From an uncultured Actinomycetota bacterium (GTDB taxonomy: Bacteria > Actinomycetota > Thermoleophilia > Gaiellales > Gaiellaceae), in the NCBI GenBank assembly GCA_963797465.1, contig CAWCPD010000003.1, positions 135,899 through 199,898 on the forward strand: 64,000 bases of DNA, written 5' to 3'. Both the position numbers and the translations under genes were made by a program. Positions 39,824 to 49,380 of the stretch are shown here, one piece after another (within the stretch, counting starts at the first letter, position 1; every line of letters begins with the position of its first letter). The notes beneath the pieces are model-generated. The model had not been told where the DNA came from. It saw nothing but the letters and a program-made list of their open reading frames with translations, and searched no databases.

Positions 39824-40857
39824 ATGAGCACGCCGCTTCCCGACCGGCAGCGCGAGATCCTCTGCCGCGTCGTCGAGGAGTACGTCGCCACCGGGCAGCC
39901 GGTCGGGTCGAAGACGCTCGTCGAGCGGCACCGGCGTGCTCGTCTCGTCGTCGACGGTGCGTGCCGAGCTGGCGGAGCTCGAGCGGCTCGGCCTGCTCAC
40001 GCATCCGCACACCTCGGCGGGCCGCGTCCCGACCGAGGCCGGCTACCGGATCTACGTCGACGGGCTGCTCGCGCGGCAGGAGACGCGGCCGGCCGAGTTC
40101 TCGCTCGACCTCGCGGCGGCGCGCGCCGAGGTGGAGGAGGCGCTGCAGGCGACGACCGAGGTGCTCTCGCAGGTGACGCGGCTGCTCGCGCTCGTCTCGG
40201 CGCCACGCGCTCGAGGCCGCGACGGTGCGCCACGTCGACGTGCTCCAGCTGCAGCCGAACGTCGTGATCGTCGTCGTGATCACCTCGACAGGCGGCGTCT
40301 CGAAGCAGCGCTACACGTTCCCCGAGCCGGTCGACGTCGGGCTCGTGAGCTGGGTCGGCGAGTACCTGCGCGAGCGGCTGATCGGCACGCGGCTCCGGTC
40401 GCGCCTGCTCGCGCGCGCGTTCGACGAGCCGAGCCTCTCGCCCGGCGAGCGCGCGTTCCTGGCCGAGATCCGCGGGCGCGTTCGACGAGGTCGAGGAGGA
40501 GCGCCAGCTCTACGTCGGCGGCGCCGCGGGGCTGCTCGAAGACCTGCGCTCCGAGGAGATCGGCGCGTACCGCAGCCTCATGGACGCGCTCGAGAAGCGC
40601 GCCGCGCTGCTCGACGTGCTCGCGCACTCGTTCACGGTGCGCCGGCCGTTCGCGCGGGTCGGCGACGAGCTCGAGGAGTCCGGGCCTGCACGACCTCGCG
40701 CTCGTCGGCGCCACGTACGGGCTCACGAACCAGACGCTCGGCACCGTCAGCCTGCTCGGCCCGCTGCGGATGGACTACGAGAAGGCGCTCCGCTCTGTCC
40801 GCGTCGGCCGCGCACGAGCTCTCGCGCTTCGTCGAAGAGGTCTACGCGGCCGAGTAG
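39824..40857 (+). pseudogene. hrcA: heat-inducible transcription repressor HrcA, about 5 frame disruptions
   Basis: [55 protein letters not shown] and [15 protein letters not shown] lie in alternating frames (shifts near 39935, 40205, 40475, 40680, 40800). Confidence 0.85.
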
Positions 40858-40918
40858 CCCGCGAGCGCGGCCCGCGCCACGCTCGCACGCCCGCCGCCGC
40901 TGGCACGATACGGGCCGC

Positions 40919-42039
40919 ATGTCGGCGACCGAACGCGACTACTACGAGCTGCTCGGCGTCCCGCGCGACGCCGACGAGCGCGAGATCAAGAAGGCGTTCC
41001 GCGGGCTCGCCCGCAAGCTCCATCCGGACGTCTCCGACGATCCCGAGGCCGACGTGCGCTTCCGCGAGGTCTCGGAGGCCTACGAGGCGCTCTCGAACCC
41101 CGAGACGCGTCAGCTGTACGACCGCTACGGCCACGCCGGCCTCCGCTCGGGCGGCTTCAAGCCGACCCACTTCGATGCCGGCAGCCTCGGCGACCTCTTC
41201 TCGGCGTTCTTCGGCGACGACCTCTTCGGCGGGCGCAGCCCCGCGGCAGCGCGCGGCGCGGACGTTCCCGCCGAGATCGAGATCGACCTGGTCGACGCCG
41301 CCCGCGGCACGACGGTCGAGCGTCAAGCTCGAGGTCGCGGTGCACGTGCGGGACGTGCGGCGGCGACGGCGTCAAGCCGGGCACGAGCGTCTCGGTCTGC
41401 GCCGCGGTGCGGCGGCAACGGCCGGCTGCAGCAGGTCTCGCGCAGCATCTTCGGCGAGTTCATCCGCACAGCTGCCTGTCCCGAATGCCACGGCAGCGGC
41501 ACGCAAGATCGAGCATCCGTGCGAGACCTGCGCCGGCGCCGGGCGAACGCTCGAGGAGCGGACGCTCGACGTCGAGGTTCCGGCCGGCATCCACGACGGG
41601 CAGCGGATCCGACTCTCCGGCGAGGGCCACGCGGGCGCGCTCGGCGGGCGCGCCGGCGACCTCTACGTGGCGGTCCGCATCCGCCCGGACGAGCGCTTCG
41701 TGCGCGAGGGAAACGACATGTTCTCGCAGGTCGACCTCACCATCGTCCAGGCCGCGCTCGGCGCAACGGTCGCGCGTCGAGACCCTCGACGGCACGGTCG
41801 AGCTCGAGTTCGACCCGGGAACGCAGCCCGGCCAGGTGCGCGTCCTCCGCGGTCACGGGATGCCGGTGCTCCAGGGCTTCGGCCGAGGCGACCACCGCGT
41901 CCTCGTCAACGTCGCCGTCCCGCGGCGCCTGACCGACGAGCAGCGGCGGCTGCTCGCGGAGTTCGAGCGTCTGAGCGACGGCGAGACCTACCGTCCGGAC
42001 GAAGGCTTCTTCGAGAAGCTGAAGAGCGCGTTCCGCTGA
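40919..42039 (+). pseudogene. dnaJ: molecular chaperone DnaJ, about 5 frame disruptions
   Basis: J-domain DYYELLGV...HPDV, Cys-rich zinc fingers (CGTCGGDG, CxxCxGx[17 protein letters not shown]) and the C-terminal domain need frame switches near 41318, 41345, 41405, 41500 and 41772. Confidence 0.88.
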
Positions 42040-42782
42040 TCCGCGCCTCGATCCGCGTTCCGGTCGAGGCGGCCGAGGAGCTCCGCGCGCGGTTCGTCGA
42101 GCTCGCCCCGGAGGGGTTCGAGGAGGTCGAGCGTCCCGGCGAGCTCGAGCTGGCCGCGTACGGCGAGGCGGCCGGGCGCGTCCTCGCCGCGTTCCCGGAC
42201 GCGGCGCGGGGCGAGGTCGAGGCCGGATGGGAGGATCGCTGGCGCGAGTTCCACCGCCCGGTTCGCGTCGGCCCGCTCTGGATCGGCCCACCCTGGGAGC
42301 GTCCTCCGCCTGGAGCGCTCGCGGTCGTCGTCGACCCCGGCCGGGCGTTCGGGACGGGCGCGCATCCGACGACGCGCCTCTGCCTCGAGCTGCTGCTGGA
42401 GCTGCCGAGGACGAGCCTCCTGGACGTCGGCTGCGGGTCGGGCGTCCTCTCGATCGCTGCGGCCAGGCTCGGCTTCGGACCGGTGGTCGCGGTCGACCTC
42501 GAGGCGCCGGCCGTGGACGCGACGCGAGCGAACGCCGCCGCGAACGGCGTCGCAATCGAGGCACGCCTCGCCGACGCGCTCCTCGAGCAGTTGCCGCCGG
42601 CGGAGCTCGTGGTGGCCAACATCGCGCTTGGCGCGGTCACGGCTCTCGCCGCCCGCATCGATGCGCCGCGGCTCGTCAGCTCGGGCTACCTCGCCGGTGA
42701 CCGGCCCGAGCTCGAGGGATACGAGTCGCAGGACCGGCGCGAGCTCGACGGCTGGGCCGCGGACCTCTTCACGACCGGGTGA
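42036..42782 (+). CDS. prmA: ribosomal protein L11 methyltransferase
   Basis: [14 protein letters not shown] and [17 protein letters not shown]-binding motifs. There is no ATG/GTG/TTG near the N-terminus, so the start (CTG 42036, overlapping the dnaJ stop) is uncertain. Confidence 0.75.
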   Translation: MIRASIRVPVEAAEELRARFVELAPEGFEEVERPGELELAAYGEAAGRVLAAFPDAARGEVEAGWEDRWREFHRPVRVGPLWIGPPWERPPPGALAVVVDPGRAFGTGAHPTTRLCLELLLELPRTSLLDVGCGSGVLSIAAARLGFGPVVAVDLEAPAVDATRANAAANGVAIEARLADALLEQLPPAELVVANIALGAVTALAARIDAPRLVSSGYLAGDRPELEGYESQDRRELDGWAADLFTTG

Positions 42783-42808
42783 GGAGACCTCGCGCCTGTT
42801 GAAGAGAA

Positions 42809-42847
42809 GTCACCGAATCGGCACGAAGGCGGCACGGTTCGGTGACG
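42809..42847 (+). repeat. array of 11-bp-phased hexamers (copy H)
   Basis: GTCACC@42809, GGCACG@42820, GGCACG@42831, GTGACG@42842. The outer units also form the inverted repeat GTCACCGAA/TTCGGTGAC. Confidence 0.8.
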
Positions 42848-42866
42848 CCTGAGTCGATAGCGTGTT

Positions 42867-42892
42867 CCCAGGGGACGCGGGGGTCCCCTGGG
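42867..42892 (+). terminator. perfect 10-bp GC hairpin after prmA
   Basis: CCCAGGGGAC-GCGGGG-GTCCCCTGGG. No U-tract, so function as a terminator is tentative. Confidence 0.4.
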
Positions 42893-42972
42893 GCGCTGCT
42901 GCCGTCATTCCGAGAGGCCAGGGCGCAAGCGCAGGGTCGCCCCGTTTCGGCTTCCGCAGTAGCATCCGCGCG

Positions 42973-44178
42973 ATGGTGCGCTTCGGCATCGACTTTCTCG
43001 GGTGCAAGGTCTCGCACGTCGACGTGCACGAGATCCGCGATCGTCTGCTCGCCGACGGGCATCGGGAGGCCGCGCCCGGCGCCTCCGCGGACGTCGCCGT
43101 GATCAACACCTGTTGCGTGACGAACGAGGCGGTCGCGAAGAGCCGCAAGGCTGCGGCTCGCGCTGCGCGGACACACCGGCGCGTCTACCTCACCGGATGC
43201 GCCGCGAACCTCGGAGGCGACGCGTTCGCGAGCCTGCCCGCAAACGTGACCGTCGTGGCCAAGCGCGCTGAGCAGGCGGCAGCCTTCGTCGCCGGCGACG
43301 TCGGCGCGATCGGGTGTGTGCAGGCCGATGCCCGGCCGGATCGGGTGCGCGCGTTCGTGAAGATCCAGGACGGTTGCTCGTTCTCGTGCAACTTCTGCGT
43401 GATCCCGCTCGTGCGTGGCGGGACGCGCAGCCGCCGTGCCGACGCGGTTCTGCGTGAGGCGCGTCAGCGCGTCGGGCAGGGACATCGCGAGATCGTGCTG
43501 ACGGGCATCAACCTCGGGTGCTTCCGCGACCGCGAGGCCGGGTACGACCTGCCGCGCCTCGTCCGCGAGGTCGGCGCCACGCCGGGCCTCGACCGCCTAC
43601 GTCTGAGCTCGATCGAGATCAACCACGTCAACGACGAGCTCGTCGCCGCCCTGCGCGAGACGCCCGTCGTGGCGCGGCACCTGCATGTGCCGCTTCAGTC
43701 AGGCGACGACGGCGTGCTGCATGCGATGCGCCGGCGCTACACCGTCGAGACGTTCCTCCGTCGCCTCGAGCCGCTCGCCGGCGAGTTCAACCTGACGAGC
43801 GACGTGATCGTCGGGTTTCCGGCCGAGGACGCGATCGCCTTCGAGCGAACGCTCGCGACCGTCGAGCGCGCCGGCCTGACGAAGGTGCACGTCTTCCCGT
43901 ACTCGCCGCGACCGGGCACCGTGACCGGCGCGGACGACCCGGTCGCTCCGCCGGTCAAGAAGGAGCGTGGCGCCAGGCTGCGTGCGCTCGCGCACGAGCT
44001 GGAGCGCCGCCGCTGGCAGACAAAGCTCGGCTGCGAGGACGTCGTGCTGGTCGACCGGCCCGGCCGCGGTTACGGCGACGACTACTCGCCGTTCCTCGTC
44101 GAGGCGGCCGTCGGCGAGCTCATCCGGGTCCGCGCGAGCGCGATCACCGAGGAGGGGATCCTTGCCGTCGCCGCTTGA
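42973..44178 (+). CDS. mtaB: MiaB-like tRNA methylthiotransferase (MtaB family radical SAM)
   Basis: ATG 42973. FLGCKVSHVD...INTCCVT (UPF0004 domain), radical-SAM CSFSCNFCVIP, TRAM-like C-terminus. Confidence 0.82.
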   Translation: MVRFGIDFLGCKVSHVDVHEIRDRLLADGHREAAPGASADVAVINTCCVTNEAVAKSRKAAARAARTHRRVYLTGCAANLGGDAFASLPANVTVVAKRAEQAAAFVAGDVGAIGCVQADARPDRVRAFVKIQDGCSFSCNFCVIPLVRGGTRSRRADAVLREARQRVGQGHREIVLTGINLGCFRDREAGYDLPRLVREVGATPGLDRLRLSSIEINHVNDELVAALRETPVVARHLHVPLQSGDDGVLHAMRRRYTVETFLRRLEPLAGEFNLTSDVIVGFPAEDAIAFERTLATVERAGLTKVHVFPYSPRPGTVTGADDPVAPPVKKERGARLRALAHELERRRWQTKLGCEDVVLVDRPGRGYGDDYSPFLVEAAVGELIRVRASAITEEGILAVAA

Positions 44179-44530
44179 CGACTGCCTCTTCTGCGGGATC
44201 GTCCGCGAGGGGACGTACGTCGCGCAGACGAAGGGGTTCGTCGCGATCGCCGACATCAACCCGAAAGCTCCTGTGCACCTGCTGGTGATCCCGGAACGCC
44301 ATGTCGACACGTTCCGCGACGTGGCCGTGTTCCCGGCGCGCGAGGCGAAGCGGATGCTCGAGTTCGTCGCCGACACGGCCAGCCGCGCCGGCCTCACCGA
44401 CTACCGCGTCCAGGTCAACGTCGGCCCGAGCGCAGGGCAGACGATCTTCCACCTGCACTGGCATGTCCTCGGCGAGACCGCGCGTGTGCACGGCACCGAG
44501 ACTCTCGCGACAGCGGTGAGCGAACTGTGA
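44162..44530 (+). CDS. HIT-family nucleotide hydrolase/transferase
   Basis: TTG 44162 after GGAGGGG. CLFCGIV and the histidine triad HLHWHVLG. Confidence 0.8.
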   Translation: MPSPLDDCLFCGIVREGTYVAQTKGFVAIADINPKAPVHLLVIPERHVDTFRDVAVFPAREAKRMLEFVADTASRAGLTDYRVQVNVGPSAGQTIFHLHWHVLGETARVHGTETLATAVSEL

Positions 44531-44970
44531 GCCTCGTCGAGCGGATCGAGGCGGAGGTGAAGGCTGCGATGCTCGCGCGCGAGGACCAGCGCCGCGACGC
44601 GCTGCGGCTGATCCTGAACAGCCTGCGCAACGCCGAGAAGGAGCTCCAGCGGCCCCTGTCGGAGGACGAGGAGCTCCAGGTCCTCCAGCGCGAGCGCAAG
44701 CGCCGCACCGAGGCGGCGGAGGCGTTTCACGCGGGCGATCGTCCGGAACAGGCAGCGCAGGAGGAGGCCGAGCTGGCGATCCTCGAGGAGTTCATGCCGG
44801 AGCCGCTCTCGGAGGAGGAGCTGGAGCGGATCGTGGACGACGCGATCGCCGAGACCGGCGCGACCAACGTACGTGACATGGGTCGCGTCATGGCCGACGT
44901 GATGCCGCAGATCGCCGGCCGTGCCGACGGCTCCGCGGTGGGCCAGCTCGTCCGGGAAAAGCTGGCTTAG
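44527..44970 (+). CDS. GatB/YqeY domain protein
   Basis: 147 aa. IEAEVKAAMLAREDQRRDALRLILNSLRNAEKE is the typical YqeY N-terminus. GTGA overlap with the HIT gene. Confidence 0.85.
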   Translation: MSLVERIEAEVKAAMLAREDQRRDALRLILNSLRNAEKELQRPLSEDEELQVLQRERKRRTEAAEAFHAGDRPEQAAQEEAELAILEEFMPEPLSEEELERIVDDAIAETGATNVRDMGRVMADVMPQIAGRADGSAVGQLVREKLA

Positions 44971-44980
44971 AGCCGGCGTC

Positions 44981-45484
44981 GTGGAGCTGCGCGGGGACCG
45001 GGTGCTCCTCCGCCCGCTCGCCGAGGAGGACGCGCTGCAGCTGGCCGAGCTCGGCGCCATGCCGGAGGTCGCGTGCTGGTGGCCCGGGCTGAACGAGGCA
45101 GACCTGCGAGCGACTGCACGCGGCGAGGAAGACGGCGTGGTCGCGTTTGCGGTGGTCGTCGACGGCGACGTCGCCGGTCTCGTCCAGTACTACGAGGAGA
45201 GCGAGCCCGAGTACCGGCACGCCGGCGTCGACATCTTCCTCGGCGCCGACTGGCACGGCCGCGGGCTCGGCACCGACGCAGTGCGGGCGATGGTCACTCA
45301 CCTCATTCGCGACCGCGGGCATCACCGTGTCGTCATCGACCCGGCTCTCGACAATGCTGTCGCGATCCGCTGCTACGAGCGGGTCGGCTTCCGCCGGGTC
45401 GGCGTGATGCGTGAGCACTGGCGCGACCCCGGCGGGGTCTGGCGCGACGGGTTGCTGATGGACCTGCTCGCCCGCGAGTTCTAG
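44981..45484 (+). CDS. GNAT-family N-acetyltransferase
   Basis: GTG 44981. RGRGLGTDAVRAMVTHL acetyl-CoA binding motif (R/QxxGxG/A). Confidence 0.8.
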   Translation: MELRGDRVLLRPLAEEDALQLAELGAMPEVACWWPGLNEADLRATARGEEDGVVAFAVVVDGDVAGLVQYYEESEPEYRHAGVDIFLGADWHGRGLGTDAVRAMVTHLIRDRGHHRVVIDPALDNAVAIRCYERVGFRRVGVMREHWRDPGGVWRDGLLMDLLAREF

Positions 45485-45689
45485 CCGCCGGCACGACCAG
45501 TTGCCGACTGGACGGACTCTCCCGATCGATGTCGTTCGAGCCGAGCCGGGTGCGGACGGCGGCTGTGCCGAGCTCGGCGAAACCGGCGTGCGCGCCGGCG
45601 TGGCTCCTCGCCTCCGCGCGTCCCCCACCGTTTCCCCACGTACCCCCAGGGGGGCGGGCGGCCCCCTGTATTCACGCTAGCGAGGATTC

Positions 45690-45739
45690 TGTGACGTGTC
45701 CGTGGCGGATGTGTGCCAACTCTGCGACGAATGCGTGCC
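45690..45739 (-). repeat. array of 11-bp-phased hexamers (copy E, reverse orientation)
   Basis: Plus-strand TGTGAC@45690, CGTGGC@45701, TGTGCC@45712, TGCGAC@45723, CGTGCC@45734. Confidence 0.85.
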
Positions 45740-46726
45740 GAACGGGGAACGACCTACACTGCGGCCGTGCAGGAAGTGCTGGACGTCTCGAACGAGGTTG
45801 CCGCCGAGTTGGCGGGGATGAGCGACGGTGTTCTCGAGGCGCTGCGCGATCGGCTCGAGTGCACCGTGCGCCTGCGGGGCAACCAGCTCACGCTCGAGGG
45901 CGACGACCTGCACGTCGAGGAGGCGCGCGAGGTGATCGCCGAGCTGGTCGAGCTCGTCGAGGGCGGGCACCAGATCGGAGCGCACACGGTCGACGCCGTG
46001 CTCGGCGCGCTCGACTCCGACCAGGACGTGCGCGAGGTGTTCGACGATGTCGTCTGGCGCCATCGCGGCAAGCAGATCGCGCCGAAGACCGTGACTCAGA
46101 AGGCGTACGTGGACGCGATCCGCCGCCGTACCGTCACCTTCGGGATCGGCCCGGCCGGCACGGGGAAGACGTACCTCGCGATGGCGCTCGCGGTCGCGGC
46201 GCTCCAGGAGCGCAAGGTCGCGCGGATCATCCTCACCCGGCCGGCGGTCGAGGCCGGCGAGCGTCTCGGCTTCCTGCCCGGCGACATGCTCGCCAAGGTC
46301 GACCCGTACCTGAGGCCCCTGTTCGACGCGCTCTACGACATGCTCGACCCGGAGCGCGCGAACACCTACATGGAGCGCGGCACGATCGAGGTCGCCCCGC
46401 TCGCCTTCATGCGCGGCCGCACGCTGAACGACAGCTTCATCATCCTCGACGAGGCTCAGAACACCTCCCCCGAGCAGATGCAGATGTTCCTCACGCGGCT
46501 GGGCTTCGGCTCCCGCGTGGTCGTCACGGGCGACGTGACCCAGGTCGACCTGCCGCGCGATCAGGCGTCGGGGCTGATTCAGGTGCAGGACATCCTCTCC
46601 GGGATCGACGACATCGCGTTCATCCGCTTCGGGCACCAGGACGTCGTCCGCCACAAGCTCGTCCAGCGGATCGTCGAGGCCTACCGTGAGCACGCGGAGG
46701 AGACCGGGACCGAGCGGAGCCGCTAG
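45713..46726 (+). CDS. phoH: PhoH-like ATPase
   Basis: Walker A GPAGTGKTYLAMA and IILDEAQNT. The longest-ORF start at 45713 lies inside repeat copy E, so the true start is probably ATG 45731 or later. Confidence 0.85.
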   Translation: MPTLRRMRAERGTTYTAAVQEVLDVSNEVAAELAGMSDGVLEALRDRLECTVRLRGNQLTLEGDDLHVEEAREVIAELVELVEGGHQIGAHTVDAVLGALDSDQDVREVFDDVVWRHRGKQIAPKTVTQKAYVDAIRRRTVTFGIGPAGTGKTYLAMALAVAALQERKVARIILTRPAVEAGERLGFLPGDMLAKVDPYLRPLFDALYDMLDPERANTYMERGTIEVAPLAFMRGRTLNDSFIILDEAQNTSPEQMQMFLTRLGFGSRVVVTGDVTQVDLPRDQASGLIQVQDILSGIDDIAFIRFGHQDVVRHKLVQRIVEAYREHAEETGTERSR

Positions 46727-46729
46727 CGC

Positions 46730-47128
46730 GTGCTCTCGGTCGAGGTTGAGAACAGGAGCGGTGTCGCGGTCGACGAGGCGGCCGCGATCGAGCTCGCGCG
46801 GGCCGTGCTCGGCGCCGAGGCGATCGACGACGGGGAGCTCGGGCTCGCGTTCGTCGGGCCGGACGAGATCGGCGCGCTCAAGCTCGAGCACCTCGGGTCC
46901 GACGAGCCGACGGACGTGCTCTCGTTCCCGATCGACGGACGTGCGCCGTTGCCGGAGGGCATGCCGCGCGCGCTCGGCGACGTCGTGCTCTGCCCACAGG
47001 TGGTCGGGGACGACTGGCGGTGGTCGCTGACGCACGGCCTGCTGCACCTGCTCGGCTACGACCACGGCGAGGCGATGGAGCGGCGCGAGCGGGAGCTGCT
47101 GGCCGTGCCTGCCGAGGCGCCCTCGTGA
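46730..47128 (+). CDS. ybeY: rRNA maturation RNase YbeY
   Basis: 132 aa. Zinc motif HGLLHLLGYDH. Confidence 0.9.
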   Translation: MLSVEVENRSGVAVDEAAAIELARAVLGAEAIDDGELGLAFVGPDEIGALKLEHLGSDEPTDVLSFPIDGRAPLPEGMPRALGDVVLCPQVVGDDWRWSLTHGLLHLLGYDHGEAMERRERELLAVPAEAPS

Positions 47129-47838
47129 GCAGCCAGCGCTCGCAGACGATCTTCGACTCGTTCAACTACGCGTCGGAGGGGATCATCCACGTGCTTCGCA
47201 CGCAGCGGAACATGCGGATCCACTTCGCCGCCGCGGCGGTTGTGCTCGTGCTCGCGCTTTGGGTCGGCGTGTCGAAGATCGAGCTGATCGCGCTGCTGAT
47301 CTCGATCACGTTCGTGCTCACGGCGGAGATGGTGAACACCGCGATCGAAGGCGCGATCGACGTCTCGACGACCTCGTTCGACCCGCTGGCGAAGCTGGCC
47401 AAGGACGTGGCGGCTGGGGCGGTGCTGATCGCGACGCTGAACGCGCTGGCCGTCGGCTATCTCGTCTTCTCGGGCCGGATCGCCGATCGCTCGTCGCGCG
47501 TGCTCGAGCAGGTGCGCGACGCGCCGGCCGAGTTGACGATCGTCGCGCTGGCGGTCACGGTGATCGTCGTGATCGGGACGAAGGCCTGGACCGGCCGCGG
47601 CACTCCTCTGCGCGGCGGCCTGCCGTCCGGTCATGCGGCGCTCGCGTTCGCGGCGTGGATCGCCGCGACGTACGTCGCGGGGCGCGAGCACCGGTTTCTG
47701 GTCTCGACGATCGCGCTTCTGATGGCGCTGCTCGTCGCCCAGACGCGGATCGAATCCGGCGTGCACTCGGCGTTCGAGGTGCTCCTCGGAAGTCTCTTCG
47801 GCACCCTGATCGCGCTCGCGGTCTTCCAGGTCACATGA
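47125..47838 (+). CDS. dgkA: diacylglycerol/undecaprenol kinase (DgkA) fused to a PAP2 phosphatase domain
   Basis: GTGA overlap start. DgkA motifs EMVNTAIEGAIDV and AKDVAAGAVL, then PAP2 motifs KAWTGRGTP, PSGH and TRIESGVHSAFE in the C-terminal ~110 aa. Confidence 0.75.
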   Translation: MSSQRSQTIFDSFNYASEGIIHVLRTQRNMRIHFAAAAVVLVLALWVGVSKIELIALLISITFVLTAEMVNTAIEGAIDVSTTSFDPLAKLAKDVAAGAVLIATLNALAVGYLVFSGRIADRSSRVLEQVRDAPAELTIVALAVTVIVVIGTKAWTGRGTPLRGGLPSGHAALAFAAWIAATYVAGREHRFLVSTIALLMALLVAQTRIESGVHSAFEVLLGSLFGTLIALAVFQVT

Positions 47839-47933
47839 ACGGCTGCGGATGGCCCGGCACGGGCTCACCCCGTCGTTCCCGAGACGGGGACACGGTCCAC
47901 GGCACCGCGGCTTTACCCGGGAAGACGGCGAGA

Positions 47934-47994
47934 GTCACCGTTTCGGCCCATATTTGGCACGCTTCCGTCCTGGTGTCTGACACCCGGACACGGC
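47934..47994 (+). repeat. array of 11-bp-phased hexamers (copy F)
   Basis: GTCACC@47934, GGCCCA@47945, GGCACG@47956, GTCCTG@47967, TGACAC@47978, CACGGC@47989. Ends 10 nt before the cdd ATG. Confidence 0.7.
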
Positions 47995-48004
47995 CGGAAG
48001 CGAC

Positions 48005-48379
48005 ATGAGCCGAGACCTCGTCGAACGCGCCGAGCACGCGGCCGCACACGCGTACGCGCCCTACTCGGGTTACCTCGTCGGCGCGGTGGTGCGGGCGCGC
48101 GACGGCCGCGAGTTTGCCGGCGTGAACGTCGAGAACGCCGCGTATCCGCTCGGGATCTGCGCCGAGAAGAACGCGATCGCAGCGGCCGTCACGGCCGGGT
48201 ACGGGCCGGGCGACGTCGAGGCGATCGGGATCACCGCCTCCCCGTGCGGCGGTTGCCGTCAGTGGCTGCACGAGTTCCGGGTCGGCGAGGTCTCCTACCG
48301 CGGCGCCGACGGTGAGATCCGCACGGTCGCGCCCGCCGATCTCCTGCCCGACACGTGGGATCTTCCGGAGCCCGGTTGA
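48005..48379 (+). CDS. cdd: cytidine deaminase
   Basis: 124 aa. CAEKNAI and PCGGCRQ zinc-binding motifs. Confidence 0.9.
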   Translation: MSRDLVERAEHAAAHAYAPYSGYLVGAVVRARDGREFAGVNVENAAYPLGICAEKNAIAAAVTAGYGPGDVEAIGITASPCGGCRQWLHEFRVGEVSYRGADGEIRTVAPADLLPDTWDLPEPG

Positions 48380-49239
48380 GGTCGGGGTTCGCCGCCGTCG
48401 CCGGTCGTCCGAACGTCGGCAAGTCGACCCTCGTGAACGCGGTCACCGGTGCCAAGGTGGCGATCGTCTCCCGCGTTCCGCACACGACCCGGCATCGCAT
48501 CCGCGGTGTCCACACGACCGCCGACGCCCAACTGGTGCTCGTCGACCTGCCGGGCTGGCAGCGGCCGATCGACCGGCTGACCGAGCGCATGCAGGAGACC
48601 GTCGACGAGACGATGCGTGACGACCTCGACGTGGTGCTGCTTGTCGTCAACGCTCGCGAGCGGATCGGCGCCGGCGACAAGTTCGTCGCCCGCCGCGTGT
48701 TCGGGCTGGGCGTCCCGGTCGTGATCGCTCTCAACAAAGTCGACCGGCTGAAGATCGCGCAGATCGCCCAGCAGATGAAGACCGCTGCCGCGCTCGGCGA
48801 CTTCCATGCGCTTCATCCGGTGAGCGCGAAGACGGGGGAGGGGATCGACGAGCTTCGCAGCGACCTGAGCTCGCTGCTTCCGGACGGGCCCCTGTACTAC
48901 CCGGCGGGCGAGGTGACCGACATGCCGCTCGAGGTGCGGATCGCGGAGCTCGTCCGCGAGCAGGCGCTGCGACTCACGAAAGAGGAGGTACCGCACGCGG
49001 TCACGGCTGAGGTGATCGAGATCGACGACCACCACGTCCACGTCCGCGTCTACACGGAGACCGAGAGTCAAAAGCAGATCCTGATCGGGAAGGGCGGCAC
49101 GATGGTGCGGGAGATCGGCCGTGCGGCGCGTCCCGGGATCGAGCAGCTGCTCGGCCGGACGGTCTACCTGCAACTTCAGGTGAAGGCTGCCCCGAAGTGG
49201 CGCCGGAACGAGACGATGCTCGAGCGGCTCGGGATGTAG
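48376..49239 (+). CDS. era: GTPase Era
   Basis: GRPNVGKSTL (G1), DLPG (G3), NKVD (G4), C-terminal KH domain. TTG 48376 overlaps the cdd stop. GTG 48355 is an alternative start. Confidence 0.88.
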   Translation: MRSGFAAVAGRPNVGKSTLVNAVTGAKVAIVSRVPHTTRHRIRGVHTTADAQLVLVDLPGWQRPIDRLTERMQETVDETMRDDLDVVLLVVNARERIGAGDKFVARRVFGLGVPVVIALNKVDRLKIAQIAQQMKTAAALGDFHALHPVSAKTGEGIDELRSDLSSLLPDGPLYYPAGEVTDMPLEVRIAELVREQALRLTKEEVPHAVTAEVIEIDDHHVHVRVYTETESQKQILIGKGGTMVREIGRAARPGIEQLLGRTVYLQLQVKAAPKWRRNETMLERLGM

Positions 49240-49324
49240 CGATTCGGGTCGAGCGGCGGAATCAGGCGTCCGATGCGAGATCGGGCGCAGTCGTGGATGC
49301 TCTCGACCGCCCAGGCGATGACAA

Positions 49325-49360
49325 CTGCGCCGGGCTCGGGGCTTCGCCGGCCCGGCGCAG
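49325..49360. terminator. GC hairpin between convergent era and cytochrome genes
   Basis: 11-bp stem CTGCGCCGGGC / GCCCGGCGCAG with a 14-nt loop. No clear U-tract on either strand. Confidence 0.45.
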
Positions 49361-49380
49361 TGTCACAAATCGAGTCCTAG

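Noticed and set aside
47952-47970. TTGGCACG-N4-CGTC within the arrays, checked as a sigma-54 (-24/-12) promoter.
   Set aside because: The -12 TTGC element is missing. The motif occurs in both orientations relative to genes, and no sigma-54 or enhancer-binding protein is evident in the window.
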